A DNA stretch of 62,898 nucleotides, counting the filler, from Globobulimina sp. (lineage: Eukaryota): assembly GCA_003354225.1 (NCBI GenBank). It is 29 parts of 29 records of this genome, joined end to end, with 100 filler letters (N's around TTAATTAATTAA, not from the genome) between each part and the next. Parts side by side here need not be neighbours in the genome. Positions count along the whole stretch, not along the records: positions 34,768 to 36,839 come from PIVH01009237.1; positions 36,940 to 39,011 come from PIVH01009238.1; positions 39,112 to 41,183 come from PIVH01009239.1; positions 41,284 to 43,355 come from PIVH01009240.1; positions 43,456 to 45,527 come from PIVH01009241.1; positions 45,628 to 47,699 come from PIVH01009242.1; 23 more parts are not named here. One strand, written 5' to 3'. Every line of letters starts with the position of its first letter. Within the stretch, counting starts at the first letter, position 1. Below are positions 35,153-47,799 of this stretch, piece by piece. Both the position numbers and the translations under genes were made by a program. The notes beneath the pieces are model-generated. The model was given only the letters and a program-made list of their open reading frames with translations. It made no database searches and was not told where the DNA came from.

Positions 35153-36839
35153 TCAGGCAATTAATTCAACACCGGATTGATCAGAATCATCATAATTATC
35201 AATATGATTACAACTATCATTATCAGATTGTGTCTCATCATCATTACTATCGCTATGCGTTAATGCAACATTAATGGGATGGAATCCATACTTTCCTTCA
35301 GATCCACAGTTTTCTGAAATAATTTGTGGCATAAATTGCTTAGAAAACTCAACCATAAAATCTTGTCTTTTCTTCAAATAATAAAATATTAGCGAACATA
35401 ACAAAATTCCTACAAATATGGCAAATAAACTTATTAACCAAAATAAATTGGAATTTATCTCAATCAATGAATTAAAAGACATCAATGGAGGTACAAATAC
35501 GTCATCGTCTTCCTCTTCTTCTCGTTGCTCTTCCTCCGCTTCATTATTATGATCATATTTCTTTTGTACATATGTGATATCATCATCATAATTATTATAA
35601 ATGAAGAGGTTATGTTTTAAATATTTTTGTTGCTGCGGATGTTCAATTTTCTCCAATTCATAGGGTTCATCTGCATGTTTTACCCATTTATTATTTACGC
35701 GACCATATCCTTCTGCTACCTCTGCATATTCATCATACTCATACTCATCGTTGTTACTTTCATCGTAATTCTCATCATAGAATGCCTTTGCATCCCATCC
35801 TTCTTCCTCCACATCTTCATCGTCAATGCCATCATACATTTCATTCCTATCATCATCATATTCATCGTAATTCTCACCATAAATTTCCTCTTCCTTTCCA
35901 TCATCATATTCATCATCATACTCATCATAGTTTCCATAATTTCCATCATAAATTTCATTTAAATTTTGCTTTGCATCTTCATATTCATCATAATAATCAT
36001 CCATATCATAACTCGCTTCATCACCCTCATCCTCATAATAATCATCATCATACAACATATCATATTCATCCATCGCCTGCGCTTCATCACCATCACCACT
36101 CTGCGCTTCAACTTGTGGACCAACCTCACCATAATACCCACTCATATCTGCATTCCCTCCATAAAACATACCACCATCACCATACATCTCCCCCTCCTCC
36201 GCATACTCATCATACACATCCACATAATCATCAATATCCAAATCCAGCGCACTCGCATGTCCATCACCCTTCAACTTAGCAAAAATGCCTTCATCCCGCG
36301 GTTGACAATGATACTGCGGCGAATCAATCCATTGCAAAAACTGACACAAACACAACCTGCCGCCCATCATATGCATACACTTACGTTCCACCTCCCTTCC
36401 TTTATTAGTCCTAATCTCGTCCTTACTCCATACCTCACCGCCACCCACCTCGTCACTACCAACTACATCCTCTCCCACTTTGGCACTGGACACCACCCAT
36501 TCTTTGCCATCAATATCGTCATACCATTCATCAATAAAATCCTGCTCCATCTCTGCCGCTGCGTCATCATAATATAACATATCACCTTCCATCAGGTCAT
36601 GAGCTGCCGCATTTACACTCGCTTTAGCTGCCCATTTCATGTATCTCTTCACCTTAAACGGTAAATGTTTGATGACCTCTAATATCCGCTTAGCGATCTT
36701 CTTCCATTTATGTATGCTCTGAAACTGTATACTCAACTTCAACTCCATCAGATTTGGGTTGAACCCCATGCAGACTTTGGCAATGTACATAAAATTGCAC
36801 ATTTTTGTCATGGGCAAATGGATGGTCGTCGGTAATTTT
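35153..36839 (-). CDS. Single-pass membrane protein with a very acidic D/E/Y-rich ectodomain, 5' partial
   Basis: Long YD/YE/DE-rich tract, one TM (LFWLISLFAIFVGILLCSLIFYYL) followed by KKR. Confidence 0.75.
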
Positions 36840-37168
36840 NNNNNNNNNNNNNNNNNNNNNNNNNNNNNNNNNNNNNNNNNNNNTTAATTAATTAANNNNN
36901 NNNNNNNNNNNNNNNNNNNNNNNNNNNNNNNNNNNNNNNGCCGTATTTCTGAAGAACAAAAAACAACAAAAATGTGAGAATGAAGCAAAACGATTAGCTC
37001 GCATCTATTGTATTGAACGTGGTGAAAATTTAAAAAACTTTCCAGGCGTAGCTTTGAGGTCATAGACCCTATTTTGACAACTCACTCTCAAACTGCAGAT
37101 TCAGTAATCATTCAGTGTCATGACCTTATATAAGTTAAAAGTTGTCAGTAATGACAGTTTGAGTCAAG

Positions 37169-37537
37169 ATGGCCGATTTCGTGGCTGGTAGCTTATGGGC
37201 GACTTTGCGCAAGTCGGGAAAAGTTCTAGTAATCGGTCAAACTGTATCACCCGAAGAAGATATTAAAATAGATGTACCAAAAGAGATGTTGACTAATTTA
37301 TACAAATACACAAGATTTGTCGTGTTGAATGGTAGCACTAAAACAGCTGTGGTTGGTAAAACGGAGGCAGGATACCAAATTGAAATACAATGTATGGGAT
37401 ACGACGAACTGGAGAAACAAGATTCATATGAAATAAGAGCTTTCGAAGCCGATAATATCTATGATAAAACAATCATTGAGCTCAGAAGTAGAGAAGACAG
37501 ACGAAATTTTCGAAATTTGTTAAAATATTTTATGTAA
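37169..37537 (+). CDS. Hypothetical viral protein (122 aa)
   Basis: Complete ORF with TATATAAG (37127) about 29 nt before a CAGT initiator-like motif. Confidence 0.65.
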   Translation: MADFVAGSLWATLRKSGKVLVIGQTVSPEEDIKIDVPKEMLTNLYKYTRFVVLNGSTKTAVVGKTEAGYQIEIQCMGYDELEKQDSYEIRAFEADNIYDKTIIELRSREDRRNFRNLLKYFM

Positions 37538-37541
37538 ACAT

Positions 37542-38051
37542 TTAAATTATCACGCAGCAACTATTTGGCTGATGTGATTTCAAATATTGGCGCAAACATC
37601 TATCTAATCCCCTTTCCCAATTACCGTTTTCTATTACCCAATAAATCAAATTTCTATCGATATACAAGGATAACAGAGTATCCATGAACGCAATTACATT
37701 CGATGGCTTGTTTCTCACTACACTTTCTAAAGCTAAATAACCGGTTATGGAAAACATGAAAACGATTCTTTTCCATGTGATCTTTTCACCTAGTAACCAG
37801 TCTAATATTTTGTGATATTCCTCTTGAATACTATTCAACGAAAATTCCATTTTGTTGATCAAATTTTCTAGTTTTGTTATGTACCGCAATTCAAATGAAT
37901 ATGCCAGTTCGCGCAACATTAAATGTTTTCTGCCCGGAAGAAAATAATCGGGACGATATTCCCAATCGATTTTAGCTAATTTTAATCTATACCCAATATA
38001 GTCGCGTACCATAATAGTAGACTCAACGGAGTCTGAACATGTAACCGCCAT
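37542..38051 (-). CDS. Bcl-2 family protein with C-terminal CaaX box
   Basis: BH4 (VRDYIGYRL), BH3-like (LRELAYSFE), BH1 (ITWKRIVFMFSITG), BH2 (WVIENGNWE). Ends SCCVII-stop with no TM tail. Confidence 0.88.
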   Translation of the reverse strand: MAVTCSDSVESTIMVRDYIGYRLKLAKIDWEYRPDYFLPGRKHLMLRELAYSFELRYITKLENLINKMEFSLNSIQEEYHKILDWLLGEKITWKRIVFMFSITGYLALESVVRNKPSNVIAFMDTLLSLYIDRNLIYWVIENGNWERGLDRCLRQYLKSHQPNSCCVII

Positions 38052-38065
38052 GGTCTCATTTAAGC

Positions 38066-38101
38066 ACTGATTGAGCCTAACTGTTCTTCACTATATATAA
38101 G
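38066..38101. promoter_or_regulatory. TATA box (TATATATAA 38092-38100) with TCAGT initiator on the minus strand, between Bcl-2 and integrase
   Basis: TATA to Inr spacing is 31 nt on the minus strand; it is the only TATA in the 86-nt divergent gap. Confidence 0.6.
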
Positions 38102-38137
38102 CTAAAGTGAACTCACCTGTTCAAATTTCGATTAATC

Positions 38138-39011
38138 ATGTTGACAAAAAAGAAAAAAGACCAGCTTGCCAAATTGTACTATAATCCAGAGACCGGTTTC
38201 ACCTCTGCCAGGAAACTTTGGCTGCAAGCCCACAGAGAGAATCCTAAAATTAACCAATCGGATGTAGACCGTTACCTCTCTACTCAACCGGCATATGCCA
38301 GACATAAACAGGTACCGCGACCGAGGACATCGATTTGGAATCAATGGATCAATGCGTCATACCCGGGACAATTGGTTGCGATTGATATATGGTTTCTAGG
38401 ACAGAAAACAAAATCGCAATTCCCACACGCTCTCGTTGCAGTTGATGCATTGAGTAAACTTGCAGCCGTTGTTCCAGTCCATAATTTGACTGCTAAAAAC
38501 GTTGCAAATGCTATGGAAAAAATAATAAAAAACTATAAATTTAAAATACACTCAGCTTTTTCTGATCACGGGGTCGAATTTATGGGCAGACCATTTCGTG
38601 ACAAGATGAAGCAATACAATATCAAGCAGATTTTTACTTCTGGCAACAACCCCTCAAAAACTGGATTAGCAGAATCTTTGATACGATCGTTGAGAATTAT
38701 ACTTGGCAGAATTGTAACCGCTGGTGGTTCTGGATGGAACGGTGTGAAGCAAGCTGTCACTATTTACAATAACTCACCACATAGTTCCATTGGTAACAGA
38801 ACACCAAACAGTGTGACTACTGAAAACGCGGGTGACGTACTACATTCTGTCCTAAATAAAAGAAGAAAAATTATTGCCAAAAATATCTCAACACCACCCA
38901 AATTTCAAAAGGATGACATTGTACATAAATTAGAGCTCGACAAACAAGGAGCTTTTGGAAAAATTAATTTACCACGATGGAGTGAGGAACTGTATAGAGT
39001 ATATAAAGTAA
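38138..39011 (+). CDS. Polinton-type retroviral-like (RVE) integrase, 3' partial
   Basis: LYYNP..GF....KL, D-D-E triad (AIDIW, SDHGVEF, LAESLIRSL), YNNSPHSSI..TP, KF...D.V, PRWSEE.Y.V. Confidence 0.93.
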
Positions 39012-39149
39012 NNNNNNNNNNNNNNNNNNNNNNNNNNNNNNNNNNNNNNNNNNNNTTAATTAATTAANNNNNNNNNNNNNNNNNNNNNNNNNNNNNNNNN
39101 NNNNNNNNNNNTACCACTGTCCACTCTAGTTTTTTATTTTTGGAAGAAC

Positions 39150-41183
39150 ATGTCAACGTATTTCGATAAAGAAACACAATTTCTTTTGCAACAACTAGGA
39201 CCCAACACGCCCAACAAAAACAAATTAATACAATTCATCAAGAAACAAGAGGTATGTCATAAAATAAATAACATCCGGACAGTAATTTGATTCGATCCCA
39301 TTTCACTGTTTACACAAGTTCGATTACGGTTTGATCGTCGATGATATCCAAGGCCCGCAAGACCAATCCGATATCCTTGAAGTGGTTGGTAAAGATTTAT
39401 ATTTCGCAGTAAAATCATTGATTTGTTGTACAAACGATGTATCTGAGACTGATTTGCATGAAGAAGCTCTAGAGCTGAGTCGAAATATAAATCACCCATT
39501 CAATTACGGCCATGATTTGCCTCACCAACAACCACAACACATTCATTTATCTGACACTAGCTCTGATTTTGAAGACGATTATGTAATGCTTGAGTTTCCT
39601 GAAAAACAGAAAGAATTTCAACCACAAACACAAAATCTACTCAATATTCTACAACAACTACCAAACAAAGAAGGCATCAATGTATTACAGCAATTCCTCT
39701 TGGAACAAAATGTATTTATATCCGTTTTTTAATTGCAAATAACAAACGAATTAAATTACATTTATACACAGTATGAGAGCATCGAAGCTATCAAAGAAGA
39801 TATTGAGGACCAGCCGAATTCGATTATTTTCGAACAACTTGAAAATAAAAACATCGATATTACATTTTTCAGTGCATTCTGCAGCAAAGTGCGAGAGATT
39901 GACGATCAAAGTTATATTCATGATGCTATTCTAGCCAATGATGAATGGGGTGTCATTTTGCAACAAATGATGCGTAATGTTTCATTTTCAAATAAAATCT
40001 ATCAAACCGTTGTGGATTATTTTCGCGAAGACCAATGGACTGTGGCCAATTACCGCGAAGATGAAATTGGAACAGAATATGAAAGTTCTTTTTTTCATGA
40101 CATATTCCCGCAAATGAATGATGCTCAGCGACGGAAATTAATCAAAATATTCGAGGATACCATCAACAAACAATATGATATTATCACGCCACTGGGAGCA
40201 CAACCAAATAATGTGGGTGGTAATGAGGAAAAAAAACAAGATTTATCTGCCCAAAATACACATAGTATCAATAAAGCAGAGGACATAGAAGGCGGTGATG
40301 TGTGCGATGAGAATCATCCTCGATACAAGAAAATCGAACGTGTAATTGACAGATGTGCAGAAATGGTGCGACCACGCAGTAACGGACCGAATCAAGATTA
40401 CGATCTGAAAGGTATGGATTGTTTTTAATTTTGTGTTGTTTGCACAGTTTGCGGATAATATTGTTTTTAGCACTATGCAGTGTTTTCAATATCAATCAAG
40501 TATTGGAGATATCTGATATTTTATGTCGACAATATCTAATTGCGTTGTATCACCGCGATGAAACTGAATGTAATAATTTATTACGTGAGATCTCGACCAA
40601 TCCAAATGTTCTGATAATGTTCGAGAAATTCAGCACGAAGACCTATTGGAAGAAGCAACATAATGAACAAAAGTTTTCTTTATATTTTACAAATGCATTA
40701 AATGTATTAATGTTAAAGCGATATCTTGGATATTCGACACCGCCCATATCGCGATTGTCTCTGTATATACCAAACCCAAATAAGCCCGCTTTAGCAAAAC
40801 TGAACATCAATAAATTAAAATGCAATGCTCGCGATGTACAGATCTATGCATTTGCATTTTTAATATCGTCTACGAGAATGTTGATAAAAAATTTTGAGAA
40901 TACCAATGTTACATTGATATTAGATATGAAATTCCCCGCCAATCGATATCAGAATGACGAAGGTATGACCTATGTTTTCCGTTTTTATTCAATATTAAAT
41001 TTGTATTCTATCAAGGCACTCTGAGTTGTGCTAAATTGAGAGAACAGTCAATGAGAGATTTGCAGTCCAAAATTATAAAATTCGCAGAACCATTTGAGAA
41101 TCCATTAGTTCGTGGCACAGTTCGTGATAAAATTGAGAAGGAACATTGTATGATGGTACATAGTGTTAATTTTAATAAAACAA
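39150..41183 (+). CDS. Hypothetical multi-exon eukaryotic protein, 3' partial
   Basis: Successive ORFs separated by short GT...AG AT-rich gaps. Confidence 0.5.
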
Positions 41184-41283
41184 NNNNNNNNNNNNNNNNN
41201 NNNNNNNNNNNNNNNNNNNNNNNNNNNTTAATTAATTAANNNNNNNNNNNNNNNNNNNNNNNNNNNNNNNNNNNNNNNNNNNN

Positions 41284-41907
41284 TTTAAAAAAAAGTCATT
41301 TTATCATATATCTGGTGATCATTTAACATTAGTAAATATATACAACACATATAAACGGAAAAAATCATACTGTCAAAATTCAAGTTTTCTTCGTTCGTTT
41401 TGTAAATCTAATTATTGGGATTATTCAACACTTGAACGAATTGATCAAATTAAAAAACAGCTGGAATTTATATTGTTATCAGTTAATAGTCACAATAACA
41501 ATAATGATAAAATCAAGCTAAATAATCATAAATATATTGAATATTATGATAACATTATTAAATGCTTATTATGTGGATATTTTATGAACATCGCAGTACA
41601 AGGATTTGGAAATAAATATTGGAGATTCCGTGTCTTAGCATTAGATGAAACAGAAAATAATAAAACAATAGATATTATTGATAAGGTATCATGTCATCCA
41701 ACTTCGATGTTTTATAAAAACAACAATCAAAGAAATTGGGTCATATTTCATCAAGTACAAATATCACATGCTACACAATTAAGAGTATTGACTTCTGTTA
41801 AACCAATTTGGTTAATACAAATGCAACCAAATTATTATGATATTAAAGGTTTGATTAAAGATAAATCACCGATTGCAAAAGTATTAATTGCAAGCGGTAC
41901 AAATTGA
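41284..41907 (+). CDS. DEAH-box RNA helicase C-terminus (HA2/OB-fold)
   Basis: GDHLTL.NIY, I.KCL..GYF.NIA, HPTS.F, WVIFHQ, V.P.WL....P.YY. Confidence 0.85.
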   Translation, partial: FKKKSFYHISGDHLTLVNIYNTYKRKKSYCQNSSFLRSFCKSNYWDYSTLERIDQIKKQLEFILLSVNSHNNNNDKIKLNNHKYIEYYDNIIKCLLCGYFMNIAVQGFGNKYWRFRVLALDETENNKTIDIIDKVSCHPTSMFYKNNNQRNWVIFHQVQISHATQLRVLTSVKPIWLIQMQPNYYDIKGLIKDKSPIAKVLIASGTN

Positions 41908-42333
41908 GGCTCTTCAAACAAAAAATATTTATTTTTTATTTTTTTGTGTTTGTTTGAAGAGCCTAGATTGAGAGCAATGTTATTTAAATATATTATTATA
42001 ATCGTACTTGTATTAGTTAATTGTATCATATGTTGTTTTGCCTTTGAAATTCACTCAAATTGTCCGTATTTTATGAAAAATGAACGGATTTTTTTGAATT
42101 GTAATTTTGAAAACACAGGTCAGTTTCGCTTAAGCGAAGCCGATGTAGGCACAAATAAAATATGTTTTTTCCAAAAAAACGCATATAAAAAAGTTTTATG
42201 TGACTACTAGAAAAGTCACTTTATTTAGTGACATAATAAAATAGAATTATTTGAGAATTGTCGGATATTAATATGAAAAACACTATAAAGTCAATGCTAT
42301 ACAAGTTACGGTGCTATTGACCTAATTTCAAAA

Positions 42334-43355
42334 CTACCATCCACTGACTTTATGATATACATCAATTACCGTGTCATTATCATTTACAATATAATAAAAT
42401 GGATGTTGGCAAGCCATTAAACAAGAATGATGTGGTATTAATTGTAATATTCCACCATATTGCAATCCATCATCATTAAAATTAATATCCCTTCCATCGA
42501 TAGTAGTTATTTTACCAACTTCTTGCGATAATTTATATAATTTTAAATTTGGATAATTTTTAATTGATCCATAACCAATATCTGGTTCACTTTCATGATT
42601 TTTATCCAATGATATTCCAACATTTCCACAGTCAATCACTATCTCATTGCGATGTGGATATATTCCAATAATACGTGACATGACAGAGATTGGTATCGAT
42701 TCTAAATCATCAACAATGCCAAATTCATATTGCATTCGATCAAAAAACACATAATTTCCTGGATGAATTTCATTAATTCCTTCAAAATTATCAACTGCCA
42801 TGCAAGCGGGTGTTGATCCTGATGATATTATTGGTATTTCGATATCGCATTCATTTGTTATTTCAGCAATTGTATTCATCAAAATTTTTCTTTCATTTTC
42901 AAATACTTTTTGCATTTGTTCATGTCCGATCGTATAACAATTATTTGAATATTGATAAAGTCCGATAAGATTACAATATTTGCTATTATTTTTTATCAAT
43001 TTAACTGTTTCTAATAACTCGTTTTTTTGTGTTTGTGTCCGTGTATTAGTTATATCAAAACCAGTCCGTTGTGTGCCTGAATCAACTTTTATAAAGACAT
43101 TAAATTTAAAATTATTTGTTTTCGAATTATATTTTGCATATTGTATCATTTGTGAAGTTAAATGAAAACTATCTGTCATTACACTTATTGTATTTGGTGA
43201 TTGTAATGCGGCGATTTGCTCAATTTGATTAAATTTTGATTGTGACATAATTAAACCATATAATATATCATCAAAGCCTTTATCTGCAAAATAAAACGCT
43301 TCCGGAATTGTGGACACTTCAATTCGTTTTTCTGTTTGATCTCTTAATTGCATTT
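42334..43355 (-). CDS. D-serine dehydratase/D-threonine aldolase family (fold-type III PLP), 5' partial
   Basis: VST..EA, +KVD.G..RTG, S.GSTP, E+HPGNYVF.D, LSQE.G, +IP.HSC. Confidence 0.88.
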
Positions 43356-43455
43356 NNNNNNNNNNNNNNNNNNNNNNNNNNNNNNNNNNNNNNNNNNNNT
43401 TAATTAATTAANNNNNNNNNNNNNNNNNNNNNNNNNNNNNNNNNNNNNNNNNNNN

Positions 43456-45234
43456 CTAATTTGACCCAATCGTTTGCGGGGACAACACAAAACCAATTGT
43501 TCCAAAACAATAAGCCACTCATTGTCAAATTCGTGATGTATCATATCACACAAATAATCAATCCATATGCTTGGAAAAATATATTTTCCAATCAGTACTC
43601 AACATTGCTTTGATGTTGTGGATAAAATGTCATTTTGATCACTAACAAAACTATGAAATGAAGACAAAAGTAATTCAGTATTTTGTGTACAATATTCTTC
43701 TGAATAAATAATCATATTTCGAACTAATAACATTGCCATTTCTTTACAGTCATCCTTCCAATCATCAAATTCAGCCAATGCAGCTGTAACAATTCGGCCA
43801 AAATGTTCTCGGATTAATATTCTTGACCCCAAACATGGTCGATCTGTATACACATAACAAGGAAGAAGAAATACGAAATAATACAGATATATGTAAATAT
43901 AGACACGTTTGAAAGGAAATGGCAATATCATTTCATCATTGTCATCACCAAAATACTGCTTTGATATTTGGTCAGCCTGTTTTTGAAAAAATAACGTTTT
44001 CTTCAAATCATTATATTCGTTGTTTTCATGCATTTTGCCAATGTTTTCTATTGCTTCAAATGTCATCTCTTGAATCTCTTTATTTTGATCTTGTAATCCA
44101 CTCAAAACATATGATAATAATAACGTTTCTGTGCAAAGAAATAAAAATAAAGCAATCATCGGAAAAACAAGTAATATTTTAACTGTAATCATATCTTTCG
44201 ACCATATTTGTCATAATATTAAATATCATTTTATAAAATGCGTGTCTTACACCATATGTTTTATGACGACACAAAGCACCGAAATAATTTGTACGTGTTT
44301 CTCCACCAAACCACCATTGCAAAGGAACCACATTATGTTCACGGAAACCTGTCAATATTTGAATGGATTCATGGCCACCATTCAATAACATGCATTCAAT
44401 TAATTGTATACATGATATGCGCACTTTTGACTGTCTGCAGGATAGCAAATGCAATGCGTATTTAATTATCATTTGACTCACATTGTTTAATCTGATTTTC
44501 TTAGATAATATAATAAGTAAACAACAAACTTTTTTATTAATTTCAGCATATTTGTCATGTAATAATTTCAGAAAAATTGCAATCAAATCTCCACAAATTG
44601 GTTTTATTTCGTCTTCATTTGCTGCGATGTTAATTATCGTTTCTAGCAAATACAGCAATTTTAAGCGTATTTCCTCTGACTTTTCTTGATATTCTGTTGA
44701 TAAAATACAATGGACAATAATCGGAATAATATATTTTATGCTGGTCTGATAATCCCATATTTTATTATTGTAACCGATGTGATTTGAAACAATATCAATG
44801 CTTAAATTCCTTAATGGTTCCATCGGTGAAACAAATATTTTAATCACATTCTTTAATATTTCCATTGTGTCTGTCTTATCATCTTTGTTGTTTTCATAAT
44901 TGCGTAAATATTGATTGATAAATTGTAAACAATTTATTTTTTTTGATTTATCGGATTCGGGATCATTGAGCAAATTCGTGGCATGTTTTATACTCTTCAT
45001 CATTGTGGCAGATTGAATAACATTTCTCTGGCTTTTATTCTGTTTATTAACATTATAATTACCTCCACTCCATCTCTTTACATTTTCACTGTTCTTTTTT
45101 GCAGATATCGTTTTTCTCCAGAATTTCTTATCTTTTTTTGGTTTAATTTTCGACCGCAATGAATCCTCTTCACGTTGTAACTCCTCCCACACAGCTTTGG
45201 CCATTTTTTCACGTTGTAAATCATACTCTGCCAT
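43456..45234 (-). CDS. Dynein axonemal assembly factor 5 (HEATR2)-like, multi-exon, 3' partial
   Basis: HEAT repeats with E.SEEIRL, RP.LG.R.L, L.E..DW and ++YSE...TQ segments. Confidence 0.75.
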
Positions 45235-45415
45235 TAGTGGAGTAAAATTCAAGGGGGTCGAGCTGAAACATCCCTGTGAGGTTTTGGAAAATAAACAACA
45301 AAAAAAAAGAAGATATTTGTGTTTTGCGCAATATAAGAACAACCCCTTATTCTTAGTTTAATGATGTTTTTTTTCCAGTCGTTTTAAAGAGAAAACAAAC
45401 TTCCAATCCAATACC

Positions 45416-45527
45416 ATGTCACGCAGCACTCAAAGGACAAAAATCCAACAAATATTATTCGCACTCATCATCCTCTCATTTGCCCCATCATTTGGTGCTG
45501 TTCTAGGCATTGACTTTGGGGCCGATA
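45416..45527 (+). CDS. ER Hsp70-like chaperone (HYOU1/GRP170) N-terminus; not in the ORF track
   Basis: MSRS...ILFALIILSFAPSFG-AVLGIDFGAD: a signal peptide followed by the Hsp70 GIDFG motif. Confidence 0.75.
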
Positions 45528-45627
45528 NNNNNNNNNNNNNNNNNNNNNNNNNNNNNNNNNNNNNNNNNNNNTTAATTAATTAANNNNNNNNNNNNNNNNN
45601 NNNNNNNNNNNNNNNNNNNNNNNNNNN

Positions 45628-46339
45628 ATGACCATACGAATATAACACAACTGCTGCAGTGCATTCCTTCCCGAGTGTCTCACCCAGTGTTGCTTCCTTT
45701 GCATGGCGCCCAAGCTGTTTGGTGAAGGATATTTGCATCGGACTGACATTGGACAAAGTATGGCCGCATTGCAATGATGGCAGTGTGAAAGGAAAAAGAT
45801 ACTTTAGCTGCGAGTCAGGGCGCGGATACTTTGTGCGATTGCAGCATTTGGTGGAGAATGTGGGCAGTACGCTGGGCAAAGATGGACAGCAAAAAGCATT
45901 GGAAATGGGCAAAAGTGTCAATATCAATAATGCCCCGATTGTGGTCGAGGCCACACTGCAAAGTGAGGAGGCGATGAAATTGGAGCAAAAAAAAGAAATT
46001 ATCAATTTCAAAAATGGCTTATTCCAACAGGGCTATTATCGAATTATGGAGAAGTTGAAAGAAATCGACATGTTGGAAGATCGCAGGCGTTGCGGCTTTT
46101 TTTTATTTCCCACTCAATTTAAAAAAATGGAGAAAAAAGAAGAGTATTTGGAGAGTATCGAAGAGATAAAAACGGGGACATGGACTCCTCCGAAAATTGT
46201 AAGAAAAGAAAATGAGGCTGATGCGAAAGAGGCGGATGACGACGACGAAGATGGCGACGGCGAGGATGACGACGATCCATTTCTTGCTTTGGATCATGTG
46301 CTGGGTTTTGGATATTCGGTGGTTGCTGAAACTAAATAA
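45628..46339 (+). CDS. CAP-Gly domain protein, C-terminal part
   Basis: IGL.LD......NDGSVKGKRYFSC....GYFVR. Confidence 0.8.
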
Positions 46340-47430
46340 CTTTAAATGAAAATGTATAAATATTAAACTATTAAAATCCGATTCGTAAAATTTAAAAGTA
46401 ATAAATGGCTAAAAACTGGCTAAACGTTTATTTTTTTAATTATTAGTAATGAATATATTTTATTAATAGATGTTTGATCATTTTTTGCTTTGAAAAGCGC
46501 ACAAAATAAAATAAAGAGTGTAAATACTAATACTAAATATCATTATTTCCCCTTTTTTTATTATTATATTTCTATGTTTTAAGTTGTTCCAATTCTTGTT
46601 ATGTTTTATTTTTTTTTGTTTGGTTTCGGCATTTCATCAAAGAAATGCGACTGGAAATAAAATATATACTTTTTTTAATGTTTTACGTTGATTTTGCTTT
46701 TTGTTTTGTTTTGTTTTAGCTGTAAATTTTTTTTTTATTATATAAGGGATCTGAGATTGATCTTTTTTTTACGGATTGTTCTTTATTTTTTTGTGTGTTT
46801 GCAATCTTGGACAAGTTAAAAATGAGAGTATTTTACTAGTTACTTTGTAAAACACTGTTTCAATAATTAACATGTTTAAGCATAAGTTACTCTGAAAATT
46901 ACCTACTTTTTTATGAGTGTTTTTTTCTCCAAATGTGGGGTTTTCTTTTTGTTACATCCAACAAGATTTTTTTTTTATATTTTTATTCCTTTTTAGTACT
47001 ATTATTATTTGTTGTTAATGGTTTTTTTTGCATTTGCATGTATGCCATATATACTTTGTATGGTATCTGCTGAATTTAAATTTAATCATTATATTGTTTC
47101 ACTTCCTCTCTGTGTACAGAAAAAGTGAATGCTCAAAAACTGAATATTCAAAATTTTTATCTGAATATACAGTTGCAAAGGGAATGTTGGTAAATGACGT
47201 ATATAATTAAAATTGGACCCTAGGCCTGCATTCTTACAAGTTCTTACGGATGAAAAAAACTGCTTCAACTCCTTTAAAAACTCTCTTTAATTTTCAATCA
47301 GTTCGAGAAGTCTTGCACTTTTTAAAAAAGGTCGTAAACCCTTTTTAAAAGATGCCAAAACAACAAGAAAAGGAAACAATCCACTGAAGGGTATATATTT
47401 ATTTAATGGAATTTGATTGGAATGCATAAG

Positions 47431-47500
47431 GATTATCTAGCTCAAGTAGAGCGCTGGATGTATGGGTCCAGAAGATCCAGGTTCAATCCCTGGGGCTGCC
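47431..47500 (+). pseudogene. tRNA-like sequence (tRNA pseudogene or SINE head)
   Basis: D arm GCTC/GAGC, CTGGA/TCCAG stem with an 8-nt loop, T arm CCAGG-TTCAATC-CCTGG. The acceptor stem does not pair. Confidence 0.6.
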
Positions 47501-47601
47501 TCAACAACACATGAATGAATCGAGAATGTAAAATTGTAAAAAAAGGCAAATTAGATTGAATTATGTCCAAGTTATCGTAAGGTGGTTTGGTCGAGCAACT
47601 C

Positions 47602-47699
47602 GCCCGAGTTATCGTAAGGCAAAGGTGCACTTTTTTACACGCAACTTTATGCCCGAGTTATCCTAAGAGAAATGTGCACTTTTTACACTCAATTTTATG
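47602..47699 (+). repeat. 49-bp tandem repeat (2 copies, running off the contig)
   Basis: GCCCGAGTTATC...GTGCACTTTTTACAC units start at 47602 and 47651. Confidence 0.85.
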
Positions 47700-47799
47700 N
47701 NNNNNNNNNNNNNNNNNNNNNNNNNNNNNNNNNNNNNNNNNNNTTAATTAATTAANNNNNNNNNNNNNNNNNNNNNNNNNNNNNNNNNNNNNNNNNNNN

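Larger units (their letters stand above)
36940..39011. mobile_element. Polinton/adintovirus-like fragment 2: small ORFs, Bcl-2 homolog, integrase
   Basis: Intronless, tightly packed ORFs; Polinton-type RVE integrase. Confidence 0.85.

Noticed and set aside
35627-36577. His-rich, Ile-rich and Met-rich ORFs
   Set aside because: They are alternative-frame and antisense shadows of the GAT/GAA/TAT-rich acidic gene.
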